In this document: positions 1-10,927 of the stretch, piece after piece | How the letters are laid out: each line of letters begins with the position of its first letter | Numbering within the stretch: the first letter of the stretch is position 1 | NCBI RefSeq assembly: GCF_006345805.1 | Contig: NW_021835277.1 | Location: 1-41,518 of the forward strand | Source: Octopus sinensis | Taxonomy: Eukaryota | Direction of reading: 5' to 3' | Length of the DNA stretch: 41,518 nucleotides | The notes under the pieces: model-generated | Databases searched by the model: none | Told to the model about the DNA's origin: nothing | The model's input: the letters and a program-made list of their open reading frames with translations, nothing else | Made by a program: the position numbers and the translations under genes

Positions 1-183
1 CATTCACCATGGTAGAATCGCTAGCCACTACACATTCTTTATTTTCTCTCCTTGTTTCTTTCTGTGGAAGAGCATAGGCTCGAAACATTAAAGACTTTTT
101 CACTTCCTTAGTGTTATACTAACACATCTGTTTGTTGTCTACACCACCTGTCTTCATCTTTTGTTTTTTTATGAATTCTCCCT
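1..183 (+). mobile_element. Penelope-like terminal (pLTR-like) fragment with degenerate hammerhead-like motif, copy 1
   Basis: Clear direct homology to 662-832; contains CTGTGGA-A-GAGC-atag-GCTC-GAAAC, then a T-rich tail abutting (TA)n. PLE assignment is inferred from the motif only. Confidence 0.4.
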
Positions 184-414
184 ATTATATATATATATAT
201 AATAATATAGATATATATATATATATATATAACAAATTAAAAAGGGTGACTTATTAGCAATTAGAACCTAAATGCAAAATTAATAGAGGTCACAAAAGTG
301 ACTGAGACTACTGATTAGCATCACTTTTGCTAAAAATGAGACTTGAAACAGCTCAAAAGCCACAAAAGCACTGTCTTAATGATTGACAAAGGGAGGTAAG
401 TCCTCATCGTATAT

Positions 415-470
415 AGCCAGATCGCAATTTTGGATTTTGATGTATCCTATCTTAATCCTCATCAGTAACT
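415..470 (-). ncRNA. Minimal type I hammerhead ribozyme motif, core G12 changed to A
   Basis: Minus strand reads agtta-CTGATGA-GGATT...AATCC-AAAA-T-tgcg-ATC-tggct: stems I (with G.U pairs), II and III and an AUC cleavage triplet are all present; GAAA reads AAAA. Confidence 0.55.
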
Positions 471-661
471 CTTAACACCTAGGGTTAAACTCAACTATCT
501 CTCTCAGTCTTATGAGAAGACCCTGTGAAAACATGTGCTGATTTTCAAAATGGTAAAAGTGTGTGTATATATATATATATATACTACTTTATTATTCCCA
601 CTTCTCTCTAGCTCTCCTATGTGACCCTTCTGTCCAGCATTTGGCATGATAGCTCACTAGA

Positions 662-832
662 CATTACACATTCTTTATTTTCTCTCTCTGCTTATTTCTG
701 TGTTCCTTTCTGTGGAAGAGCATAGGCTTGAAACATTAACGACTTTTTCACTTCCCAGGTGTTATACTAATACATCAGTTTGTTGTCTACACCACCTGTC
801 TTCATCTTTTGTCTTTTTTGTAGATTCTTCCT
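662..832 (+). mobile_element. Penelope-like terminal fragment, copy 2
   Basis: Direct repeat of ~28-183, bounded by (TA)n tracts. Confidence 0.4.
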
Positions 833-861
833 ATTTATATATACGTGTATATATATACAAT

Positions 862-901
<40 letters not shown>

Positions 902-2449
902 AATATATATATATATATAATGCATATATATAATATGCATATATATATAATATGCATATATATATATCTAAATTTCTAACAATAAATCAACAGAACAAAC
1001 CTCATTGAGTAATTCTATACTCAAAGGTATTCCAGCCACCATTTCTGAATACATGTACTAAGAACTGCCTTATCTATTGTGATTCTCTTTTTTTAAAACA
1101 AAGATGTGATTTAAAGAAGATTTCTCTGCTATTTCTAGGAAACTGAAAGACCACGTAAAAGAGACTCACTTTGGCAGAATATATAGGATATATAGGGAAA
1201 TCATTTTTTTTGTTTTTTGTTTTTGACTAACCATTACCAACTAAAATTTGTGGGCTGCTGCTATTCAGGTGAAATGACAAATATATAGTGTTTTATGGTA
1301 CATTTTATTGTAAGATAATGGGAAAAGTTCCTTTCTGACAGTAATTCTTCTCCGTTGTGGTTAAGGACCATGCTGTGTGGGTGACAGCTTTCTTTTAACA
1401 GTCGATAAACCAGTGAAGATGGCGGCACCAATTTCATAACAGGAAGCAATGGAAGTCGTAGCCATTTACCTCCATTTCTATTGCTAATGATGTTGAAAAT
1501 GGCATAGACGTCAAATAACTTCATTTCTCTTACACTATACATCTGACTAAGAAATCATTATTTGTTTTAACTGCAACAGTAAAAACATGTTAAGGTTTTT
1601 ATGGTACAGCTAGTAGTACTCACACAAACACTGTTACAGACATACACACACATATCCTTATATATATATATATCTATGAATGTATGCATCTAAGTGCATT
1701 AAGAATGTGTGTGTGTATAGCTGCAATAAAAAGCTAAGATATTTACAGTTATGCCTTGTTTGGTGGAGTGACTGCATAGACATTGGAGGAAAGCTAAATG
1801 TGTACAGTATAGTGTGGTCCAAAAGAATGAGGATATTCCCTTATGTTGCCAGTAAGTGCAGAAACCATTTTAATCTCAGGTCAACCATTGACAAAATGTT
1901 GCTCTAGGAGTACACACAGCTTGTCTGCAAGACATCAGACTTTACTATTCCGCTCCAACCACCAAAGGAAGTTGGCCAAGCAACCTAATCAAAGCAAAAT
2001 AGAAAAACAAAAATAAAAAAAAAATAAGCTAACAGGCGCAGGAGTGGCTGTGTGCCCTACGATCCAATCCTTTAAGATGGTAGGATAGGATTTAATGGCA
2101 GTTTCCCTCCTATTTCTAGTAAGTAAAACATACTAACCGGGACTATCCTATTAGTCCAAATGCAATAGTTTTCAATGTGGACATAGTTACTGAGTACATG
2201 TATTGATAAACATTTGAAATGGGTTCATGAAATTTAATAGGAGTTTACGTAAACTGTTAAGTTTATAACTTAACATGTAGGCATCTGAGGGTAGATTGTT
2301 CAGACTGAAGCGAGAAAGTAATTGGAAAAGAACATGAACGATGTTACTGATGTTGCTCTTTGTTATCTGTAAAACGTTCTGGCTTTATATTTCGTTTTTG
2401 GATTTGGTTTGCAAGATTCTTTATATGAGTTCGTGTGTTGAAGCATATT

Positions 2450-2733
2450 CTGTTGTGTCTGGGGAGAGTCATTTTCTTTTTCTGCCTTATTATTTAACAC
2501 ACTCACCGGTAAAATTTCCACTTTTTTCTTATTTTTACTGACCCACACACATGCGCGCAAACAAACAAAAGGAAATGCAGTGTAAATAACAGACAGAGTC
2601 AAAACTATTGAAAAGGTTGCAACACGCAACAAAAATTTTAGGAAAATAAAAATAAGAAAAAGTGGAAATTTTACTGGTGAGTGTGTTAAATAATAAGGCA
2701 CAAAAAGAAAATGACTCTCCCCAGACACAACAG
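2450..2733. repeat. Inverted repeat, ~88-bp arms (2450-2537 / 2647-2733), ~110-bp spacer
   Basis: tgttgtgtctggggagagtcattttc... is reverse-complemented at ...gaaaatgactctccccagacacaaca; direct repeat gttctggctttat at 2376-2388 and 2733-2745. Confidence 0.9.
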
Positions 2734-3368
2734 TTCTGGCTTTATGTTTTCCTCTTGGTAGTTTTCAGCACAATGTTCCTACAATCTGCTTCTTTTCCCT
2801 GACTGTAATTAAGAATACACAAAGTGAGCTTTCACTTGCCCAAGTTTATCATTCACATAAGCGGTAAGGAGAAATTATTGATTATGTGTGAAATAAATTG
2901 TTCAAGAAGAAAATATGATCTGAATACAAGAAATTAAATCCCCCACAGTATTTATGTTTTGTAGGTAGATCATTATCTTTATTGATTTACAACTATCTTG
3001 ATGAGTTGGAAGGTTTTGAATTTCAATAACTCTCCAGTTATCTCACTCTGTTTCTGCAAGTATCTCTTCTGATAAGTCAAATGTTTCCATTTCAGCTCTA
3101 ACTTACCTCCCTAGAGTAACATCTGAAATCTGAGAAAACTAATGATGGTCTACAATAGCCATATTTAATCTTTAGGAATTTGAAAAAGGGTTTGACAAGT
3201 TCAGCTGTCATAACCAAAGTGACTATACTATTTTCTACTGCTAAAGATGTTGACAATGACAGATGTAAAATAACTTTATTTCTCTCATATCAGATTCTTC
3301 TTGCCTTGCAGCAAGTGAAACTATCAAATAATCCTATAAATTCTCATATTTTCCTCTTTAAACTTTAA

Positions 3369-3588
3369 TACTCTTTTACTCTTTTACTTGTTTCAGTCAT
3401 TTGACTGCGGCCATGCTGGAGCACCGCCTTTAATCGAGCAACTCGACCCCGGGACTTATTCTTTGTAAGCCCAGTACTTATTCTATCGGTCTCTTTTGCC
3501 GAACCGCTAAGTTTCAGGGACATAAACACACCAGCATCGGTTGTCAAGCAATGCTAGGGGGACAAACACAGACACGCAAACATACACG

Positions 3589-3620
<32 letters not shown>

Positions 3621-3787
3621 CATATATACGACGGGCTTCTTTCAGTTTCCGTCTACCAAATCCACTCACAAGGCTTTGGTCGGCCCGAGGCTATAGTTAG
3701 TAGAAGACACTTGCCCAAGGTGCCATGCAGTGGGAGACTGAACCCAGAACCATGTGGTTGGTAAACAAGCTACTTTACCACACAGCC
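3369..3787 (-). mobile_element. tRNA-derived CORE-type SINE, family A (octopus OR-like)
   Basis: Reverse complement of the family A sequence (tRNA head with A/B boxes, ...ttgggcaagtgtctt..., central TA/TG microsatellite, tail ...gactgaaacaagtaaaagag). Confidence 0.85.
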
Positions 3788-3799
3788 AACTCACTTAGC

Positions 3800-4270
3800 C
3801 AGCCTCTGATCTGAGAGTCTTCACATGGAACCGTGTGGTATATTTTACCTTGTCTTTATCAGCCACTCTAATTAGCAACCCAAAATCTGAAGCAGTTATC
3901 TCTGGCTCAAATCTATCTATGCTGTTTGATGTGTAGCTCCCTCAATTTACTTGCACTTAAGCCTTCTTTTTTAACTTGACATTACAAATCTAGTACATCA
4001 TACTTAATATCTCTCTTAATTTATGCACACCTTCTGGATTCATGCTCCATTGTTCCCTGCCGTACAACATTATGCTTCATATTTCTGGCCTTTTTGTATT
4101 ATAGAGAGAAATCAAATTATGCTTCTAATGGAATATGAACATTCTCAAGCCTGCCTCCACCGTTTCTAAATAGACTTATGCATGCACAATTATTGCAGAA
4201 AGAAGGCATAGAAGAGACTCTAGCTGGTTACAATTCTCTAATTGGATGCATTAATACTTGTGTATTTTGG
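3800..4270 (-). mobile_element. Highly decayed RTE-clade LINE ORF fragment
   Basis: Frameshifted minus-strand translation gives SIMLYGREQW ... ICNVKL ... LSASKLREL, resembling RTE C-terminal motifs (MLYGSETW ... MLRWICNV). Boundaries approximate. Confidence 0.5.
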
Positions 4271-4572
4271 AAGCAATTAGTCAGTGTCTCTTCAATCATA
4301 ATATAATCTATGATCTACAGCACGAGCATTATGCATGATGAGGGCAGCAAAAAACCAAAAAAAAACAAAAAGAAGCCCAAAAAAAAAACACCCCAAAAAA
4401 CAAAGAAAAACAATAAAATTACAATCATCAATCTTTTCTTTCGTATGTAGTGTTCATTGAAAAATCTACAAATGAAGCAAAGGTTTGAAACACTATCCGA
4501 AATTTGGCTGGGATATTCAGCGATGTAGTAGCAAAACAAACATGTGAAAAGGAGATAACGAGAAATGCATAC

Positions 4573-6091
4573 TTATTTCTTTATTACCCACAAGGGGCTA
4601 AACACAGAGGGGACAAACAAGGACAGACATAGGTATTAAGTCGATTACATCGACCCCAGTGCGAAACTGGTACTTAATTTATCGACCCCGAAAGGATGAA
4701 AGGCAAAGTCGACCTCGGCGGAATTTGAACTCACAACGTTGCGCCGGACGAAATACCTATTTCTTTATTACCCACAAGGGGCTAAACACAGAGGGGACAA
4801 ACAAGGACAGACATAGGTATTAAGTCGATTACATCGACCCCGGTGCGTAACTGGTACTTAATTTATCGACCCCGAAAGGATGAAAGGCAAAGTCGACCTC
4901 GGCGGAATTTGAACTCACAACGTAACGCAGACGAAATACCTATTTCTTTATTACCCACAAGGGGCTAAACACAGAGGGGACAAACAAGGACAGACATAGG
5001 TATTAAGTCGATTACATCGACCCCGGTGCGTAACTGGTACTTAATTTATCGACCCCGAAAGGATGAAAGGCAAAGTCGACCTCGGCGGAATTTGAACTCA
5101 GAACGTAACAACAGACGAAATACCTATTTCTTTACTACCCACAAGGGGCTAAACACAGAGAGGACAAACAAGGACAGACATAGGTATTAAGTCGATTACA
5201 TCGACCCCGGTGCGTAACTGGTACTTAATTTATCGACCCCGAAAGGATGAAAGGCAAAGTCGACCTCGGCGGAATTTGAACTCACAACGTAACGCAGACG
5301 AAATACCTATTTCTTTATTACCCACAAGGGGCTAAACACAGAGGGGACAAACAAGGACAGAAATAGGTATTAAGTCGATTACATCGACCCCGGTGCGTAA
5401 CTGGTACTTAATTTATCGACCCCGAAAGGATGAAAGGCAAAGTCTACCCTGGCGGAATTTGAACTCAGAACGTAACAACAGACGAAATACCTATTTCTTT
5501 ACTACCCACAAGGGGCTAAACACAGAGGGGACAAACAAGGACAGACCTAGGTATTAAGTCGATTACATCGACCCCGGTGCGTAACTGGTACTTAATTTAT
5601 CGACCCCGAAAGGATGAAAGGCAAAGTCGACCTCGGCGGAATTTGAACTCACAACGTAACGCAGACGAAATACCTATTTCTTTATTACCCACAAGGGGCT
5701 AAACACAGAGGGGACAAACAAGGACAGACATAGGTATTAAGTTGATTACATCGACCCCGGTGCGTAACTGGTACTTAATTTATCGACCCCGAAAGGATGA
5801 AAGGCAAAGTCGACCCTGGTGGAATTTGAACTCAGAACGTAACAACAGACGAAATACCTGTTTCTTTATTAGCCACAAGGGGCTAAACACAGAGGGGACA
5901 AACAAGGACAGACATAGGTATTAAGTCGTTTACATCGACCCCAGTGCGTAACTGGTACTTAATTTATCGACTCCGAAAGGATGAAAGACAAAGTCGACCT
6001 CGGCGGAATTTGAACTCACAACGTAACGCAGACGAAATACCGCTAAGCATTTCGCCTGGCGTGCTAACGTTTCTGCCAGCTCGCCGCCAAG
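4573..6091 (-). mobile_element. Octameric tRNA-derived SINE (family B, MetaSINE-like): one head plus 8 tandem 183/184-nt bodies
   Basis: Units at 4574-4757, 4758-4940, 4941-5124, 5125-5307, 5308-5491, 5492-5674, 5675-5858, 5859-6041; head 6042-6088; 13-bp direct repeat gagaaatgcatac at 4560-4572 and 6092-6104. The body motif gcctttcatcctttcggggtcgataaattaagtaccag resembles the MetaSINE central domain (recalled, not searched). Confidence 0.92.
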
Positions 6092-6104
6092 GAGAAATGC
6101 ATAC

Positions 6105-6191
6105 CTTGGGCAAGTCTCTTCTACCATAGACTGGAGCTGACCAAAGACTAGTGAGTGGATTCAGTAGATAAGAACTGAAAGAAGCCATTTG

Positions 6192-6225
<34 letters not shown>

Positions 6226-6810
6226 CGCGTGTGTGCTTATCCCCCACCATTGCTTGACAACAGGTTTTGATGTGTTTATGTCTCGTAACTTAGTGGCTCA
6301 CCAAAAGAGACCAATAGAGTAGGAGCACTCCGTCGGTTGCAACGATGAGGGTCCCAGCTGATACGATCAACGGAACAGCTTGCTCGTGATATTAACGTGT
6401 AAGTGGCTGAGCACTCCACAGACACGTGTACCCTAAACGTAGTTCTCGAGGAGATTCAGCGTGACACAGAGTGTGACAAGGCTGGCCCTTTGAAATACAG
6501 ATACAACATGAACAGGAAGAAAGAGTGAGAGAAAGTTGTGGTGAAAGAGTACAGCAGGGTTCACCATCACCCTCTGCAGGAGCCTCGTGGAGCTTTAAGT
6601 GTTTTCGCTCAATAAACACTCACAATGCTCGGTCTGGGAATTGGAACCGCGATCCTCCGACCGCGAGTCCGCTGCCCTAACCACTGGGCCATTGCGCCTC
6701 CACAACCAATAGAGTAAGTACCAGACATAAAAAAAAATAAGTGGTGGGGTTGATTTGTTCGACTAAAATTCTTCTAGGCACTGCTCCAGCTACAGTCTGA
6801 CAACTGAAAG
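6105..6810 (+). mobile_element. Diverged, 5'-truncated family A-like SINE interrupted by a family C SINE
   Basis: cttgggcaagtctcttct...gaaagaagcc-(TG)n-...gagaccaatagagta | family C insertion | ...agtaccag...gctccagc...actgaaa. Confidence 0.7.
6322..6704 (-). mobile_element. tRNA-derived SINE, family C, full length
   Basis: Head gtggaggcgcaatggcccagtggttagggc with A/B boxes; 12-bp TSD accaatagagta at 6310-6321 and 6705-6716; second copy at 38271-38657. Confidence 0.9.
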
Positions 6811-6915
6811 ATAAAAAGATGTGTGTGTGCGTGTATGTGTGCATGTGCGCGTGTGTGTATGTGTGCATGTATACATATATATGTACATATACATACATAT
6901 ACATATGTGTATATA

Positions 6916-6965
<50 letters not shown>

Positions 6966-6990
6966 CATATATATACATACATATATATAT

Positions 6991-7380
6991 AGGCGCAGGA
7001 GTGGCTGTGTGGTAAGTAGCTTGCTAACCAGCCACATGGTTCCAGGTTCAGTCCCACTGCGTGGCATCTTAGGCAAGTGTCTTCTACTATAGCCTCGGGC
7101 CGACCAATGCCTTGTGAGTGGATTTAGTAGATGGAAACTGAAAGAAGCCTGTCGTATATATGTATATGTATGTATGTGTATGTGTGTGTGTGTTTGTACC
7201 CCTAGCATTGCTTGACAACCGATGCTGGTGTGTTTATGTCCCCGTCACTTAGCGGTTCAGCCAAAAAGACTGATAGAATAAGTACTAGGCTTACAAAGAA
7301 TAAGTCTTGGGGTCGATGTGTTCAACTAAAGGCAGTGCTCCAGCATGGCCACAGTCAAATGACTGAAACAAGTAAAAGAG
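6991..7380 (+). mobile_element. SINE family A, full length
   Basis: aggcgcaggagtggctgtgtggtaagtagc ... gactgaaacaagtaaaagag, set within TA-rich microsatellite. Confidence 0.9.
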
Positions 7381-7406
7381 CATATGTGTATATATATATG
7401 TGTGTA

Positions 7407-7452
<46 letters not shown>

Positions 7453-8178
7453 TATACATACATATATATATATCTTTATATAAATATATGAGCCAGTCCT
7501 TTTCTTGATGATGTTTCATACTAAACGAATGTGCTTATTTAAGGGTATGGAAATAATGTGATTTTCCTCACACATTTGGATTCAGATTTTGAGTGGGGGA
7601 AAAAAATAATATAAACTCAATACTGTTCAGCGTATGTAAATTTGAAATTTCCCAATTTGAAAACCTACCCTAATGAGAGATTTATGCCACGCATTATGAA
7701 GAACTTAGAATTCAATTACTGGAGGATTATATAAAATGTTTAATGAAGGCATTTTTCCCTTAGATCTCATAAATTCTTAACATGAAAGTGTTATAACATT
7801 ATGATATTATTATTATCAAATTGCATATTAATTTGCATTTGTAGTATTTTAGAAATTTCATTTCATAATTCTAAATTTGTAATACTTTCTTTTATATTTT
7901 CTTAATGCCAAATGATGAACAATAGTGCATAATGAAGGCTGTGCTAAATCCAAACTAAGCTTTTGTGATCTGAGAAAAATATTAGCATGGAATTTCATTA
8001 TTCAAGTCTAGTTCACAGAATCTATTATGTTATTTGAAATTCTAATGCATATTTTATGATTTCAAATATACGGTTGCTTTGCTATCTGTTTAAGTGAACA
8101 TCTACGTAATTTTACGTACGTGTAAATTGCATATGTGCATACCCGTGTTCACACATGTTCAGATGCACAGATTTACAA

Positions 8179-8210
<32 letters not shown>

Positions 8211-8463
8211 ACACACACACACACACTCACATTCACACACACACATACGCACACACAGAAATGCACATGAACACATTTACACATGGATACATATGCACAC
8301 ATGCATACAAGTGCGCACACACACACATATATGTGAATATATATATATATATGCATATAGATATGTACAAATATACATATACATGAAAGCATACATACAC
8401 ATACACTCATATCTGTATTCCTCTCTCTCTCTTTCTCTCTCTTTCTCTCTCTCTCTCTCTCTT

Positions 8464-8518
<55 letters not shown>

Positions 8519-8892
8519 ATTCATCAACCTATCTATTAACATCATCATTATCATCAACACCATCATTGTTTTAATGTCCACTTTTATATTCTTGCATGGG
8601 TCTGATGAATTTAATAGAGGTAGATATTCAGCAGCATCAAAACTCAACCATTTCCAAAGAAAATACCATTCCCCCATGGCCAAACATTTTTCAGGGAATT
8701 CCGGAAATGTGAGACATTTCTATGACCATGTTGCATGTTTACAAACATCATGTGATGTCAGAACAAGGGTAGACACAAACACTCCACAACATGCACACAT
8801 ATGTACAAGCACAGATATATATATATATATATATAATGATTACAGATTTAGGTAAAAAATTAGTAATTTAATAAAATTAACAAATTTCACCT

Positions 8893-9306
8893 AGGCGCAG
8901 GAGTGGCTGTGTGGTAAGTAGCTTGCTAACCAACCACATGGTTCCGGGTTCAGTCCCACTGCGTGGCATCTTGGGCAAGTGTCTTCTGCTATAGCCCCGG
9001 GCCGACCAATGCTTTGTGAGTGGATTTGGTAGACGGAAACTGAAAGAAGCCTGTCGTATATATGTATATATATATAAGTGTGTGTGTATATGTTTGTGTG
9101 TCTGTGTTTGTCCCCCTAGCATTGCTTGACAACCGATGCTGGTGTGTTTACGTCCCCGTCACTTAGCGGTTCGGCAAAAGAGACCGATAGAATAAGTACT
9201 GGGCTTACAAAGAATAAGTCCCGGGGTCAATTTGCTCGACTAAAGGCGGTGCTCCAGCATGGCCGCAGTCAAATGACTGAAACAAATAAAAGAAAGAGAA
9301 AGAGAG
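8893..9306 (+). mobile_element. SINE family A, full length
   Basis: Near-identical to the other young family A copies. Confidence 0.9.
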
Positions 9307-9353
9307 TATTTCGGTATGGAAAAGGACCATATTTGGTAAAAACTTATACAAAA

Positions 9354-9695
9354 GCTTTTTTATATATAATTATAACAATAAGGGTTTAGCAACAAGTTGC
9401 TTGACCACATACTGAAAATTTTAGAAATAGCCGCCAAAAGTCTGCTATTTCTTTTTTCTACAAAAATATGTCTCCACAGATAACAATATTTGTAACTCAC
9501 ACATGGCAATGAAGAAGAAGAAAAATAATGAAATCAAACAGTCTTCGATTAATTATGGACGCGTGGAGACATATTTCTGTAGAAAAAAGAAATAGCTATT
9601 TCTAAAATTTTTTGGCTGCTATTTCTAAAAGTTTTGGTATGTGGTCAAGCAACTTGTTGCTAAACCCTTATTGTTATAATTATATATATATAAGC
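9354..9695. repeat. Inverted repeat, ~125-bp arms (9354-9477 / 9563-9695)
   Basis: tataacaataagggtttagcaacaagttgcttgaccacatac matches the reverse complement of gtatgtggtcaagcaacttgttgctaaacccttattgttata; ~85-bp spacer. Confidence 0.9.
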
Positions 9696-9739
9696 AATAA
9701 TAAATCTCTGAACGAGATGTAAACAGTAACTCCTCGACA

Positions 9740-10185
9740 ACGTAAAGTATACTATCCATCTCAATATGGCTAACCACAAAGGGTGAGTGTTACTGTAGCT
9801 TTTAGCCCCAGGAGATCATCGTCTCCAGCTGGCTTTAAGCACGCTTTCTGTGCCCTTATGGTATTTGCTAAGGGAGGTCATCCCTCTCTCGTCAACCTGA
9901 GTGATACGCATGGACTGCAGTTTCTAGGTATTTGCCTGTCTTCGGCGTACGGCATTCGAAAACCGGTGATTGCCGTACGCCGAAGACAGGCAAATACCTA
10001 GAAACTGCAGTCCGTGTGTATCACTTAGGTTTACGAGAGAGGGATGACCTCCCTTTGCAAATACCATAAGGGCACAGAAAGTGTGTCTAAAGCCAGCTGG
10101 AGACGATGATCTCCTGGGACTAAAAGCTACAGTAACACCCACCCTTAGTGGTTAGCCATATTGAGATGGCTAGTATACTTCACGT
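9740..10185. repeat. Long palindrome/foldback: ~215-bp arms, 16-nt spacer
   Basis: Arms 9740-9954 and 9971-10185, about 13 mismatches by eye; explains the twin ORFs 9783..10001(+) and 9924..10142(-). Confidence 0.95.
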
Positions 10186-10200
10186 ATATATATATATATA

Positions 10201-10889
10201 TGAGCTCGTAGGATGAGTTCCTGGATCTTAAGAACTTTCCGGTCCAGAGAACAAGGTGTCATCATACCACTTTTTCATCCTTTGTACGGCCACACCTTGA
10301 ATACTGCTGCCCACTGTGGTCTCCTCACACAAGACAAAACATCTCCAGAATTGAGTCACCCCAGAGGGCTCTCACTAAACAAATTGAAGGCATGGCTGCT
10401 CTCGATTATTGGGATCGCCTTAAAGCCTTGAAACTTTACTCCCTCCAGCGTCGCCGTGAGTGGTACATCATTTGTATGATGTGGAAAATATACCGCCAAC
10501 TTTGCCCAAACGACCTAAACATTAGCTTCAAGGTTCATCCGAGACTTGGACCACGGGCTATACATCCCCTGCCAAATTCAAGATCACAACATACATGTAC
10601 ACTGCAACATAATTTCTTTTCCTCAACAGGCCCTGCCCTATTTAACATTGTCCCGAGGGAGATCAAAGAGGAAAAGGATCCCATCAACTTCAAACAGAGT
10701 CTGGATAGATTCCTTCAAAGAATACCAGATAAGCCACCCATAATTGGATACAACTCACCCAACAAGAACTCACTACTTGAACAAACTTGACTTAAACAGG
10801 ATTCGAATAATCCTATCAGGTGGTGCTATTAAGTTAGACATGGCCTGGACCAATCTCTGGTCGAAACATATCTAAGTTTTTATCTAAGT

Positions 10890-10895
<6 letters not shown>
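10201..10895 (+). mobile_element. 5'-truncated CR1-group LINE (3' end of ORF2 plus tail)
   Basis: WILRTFRSRE...VRPHLEYCCPLWSP...LDYWDRLKALKLYSLQRRRE, one frameshift; repeated tail tatctaagtttt; flanked by (TA)n on both sides. Confidence 0.85.

Positions 10896-10926
<31 letters not shown>

Positions 10927-10927
<1 letters not shown>

Noticed and set aside
1261-1542. 93-aa minus-strand ORF with acceptor-like site as a terminal exon
   Set aside because: Bases ~1472-1532 are clearly homologous to ~3228-3288, so the ORF overlaps an interspersed repeat; no recognisable domain.
4574-6041. CRISPR-like array
   Set aside because: Units are contiguous 183/184-nt SINE bodies with no unique spacers and no cas genes; eukaryotic context.
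6042-6088. Genuine tRNA genes at SINE heads
   Set aside because: A/B boxes are present but cloverleafs are non-canonical, and each head is attached to a repeated SINE body.
9126-9389. Recurrent MTTDAGVF... and MLGGQTQTH... ORFs as a gene family
   Set aside because: They are frames within family A SINE copies.
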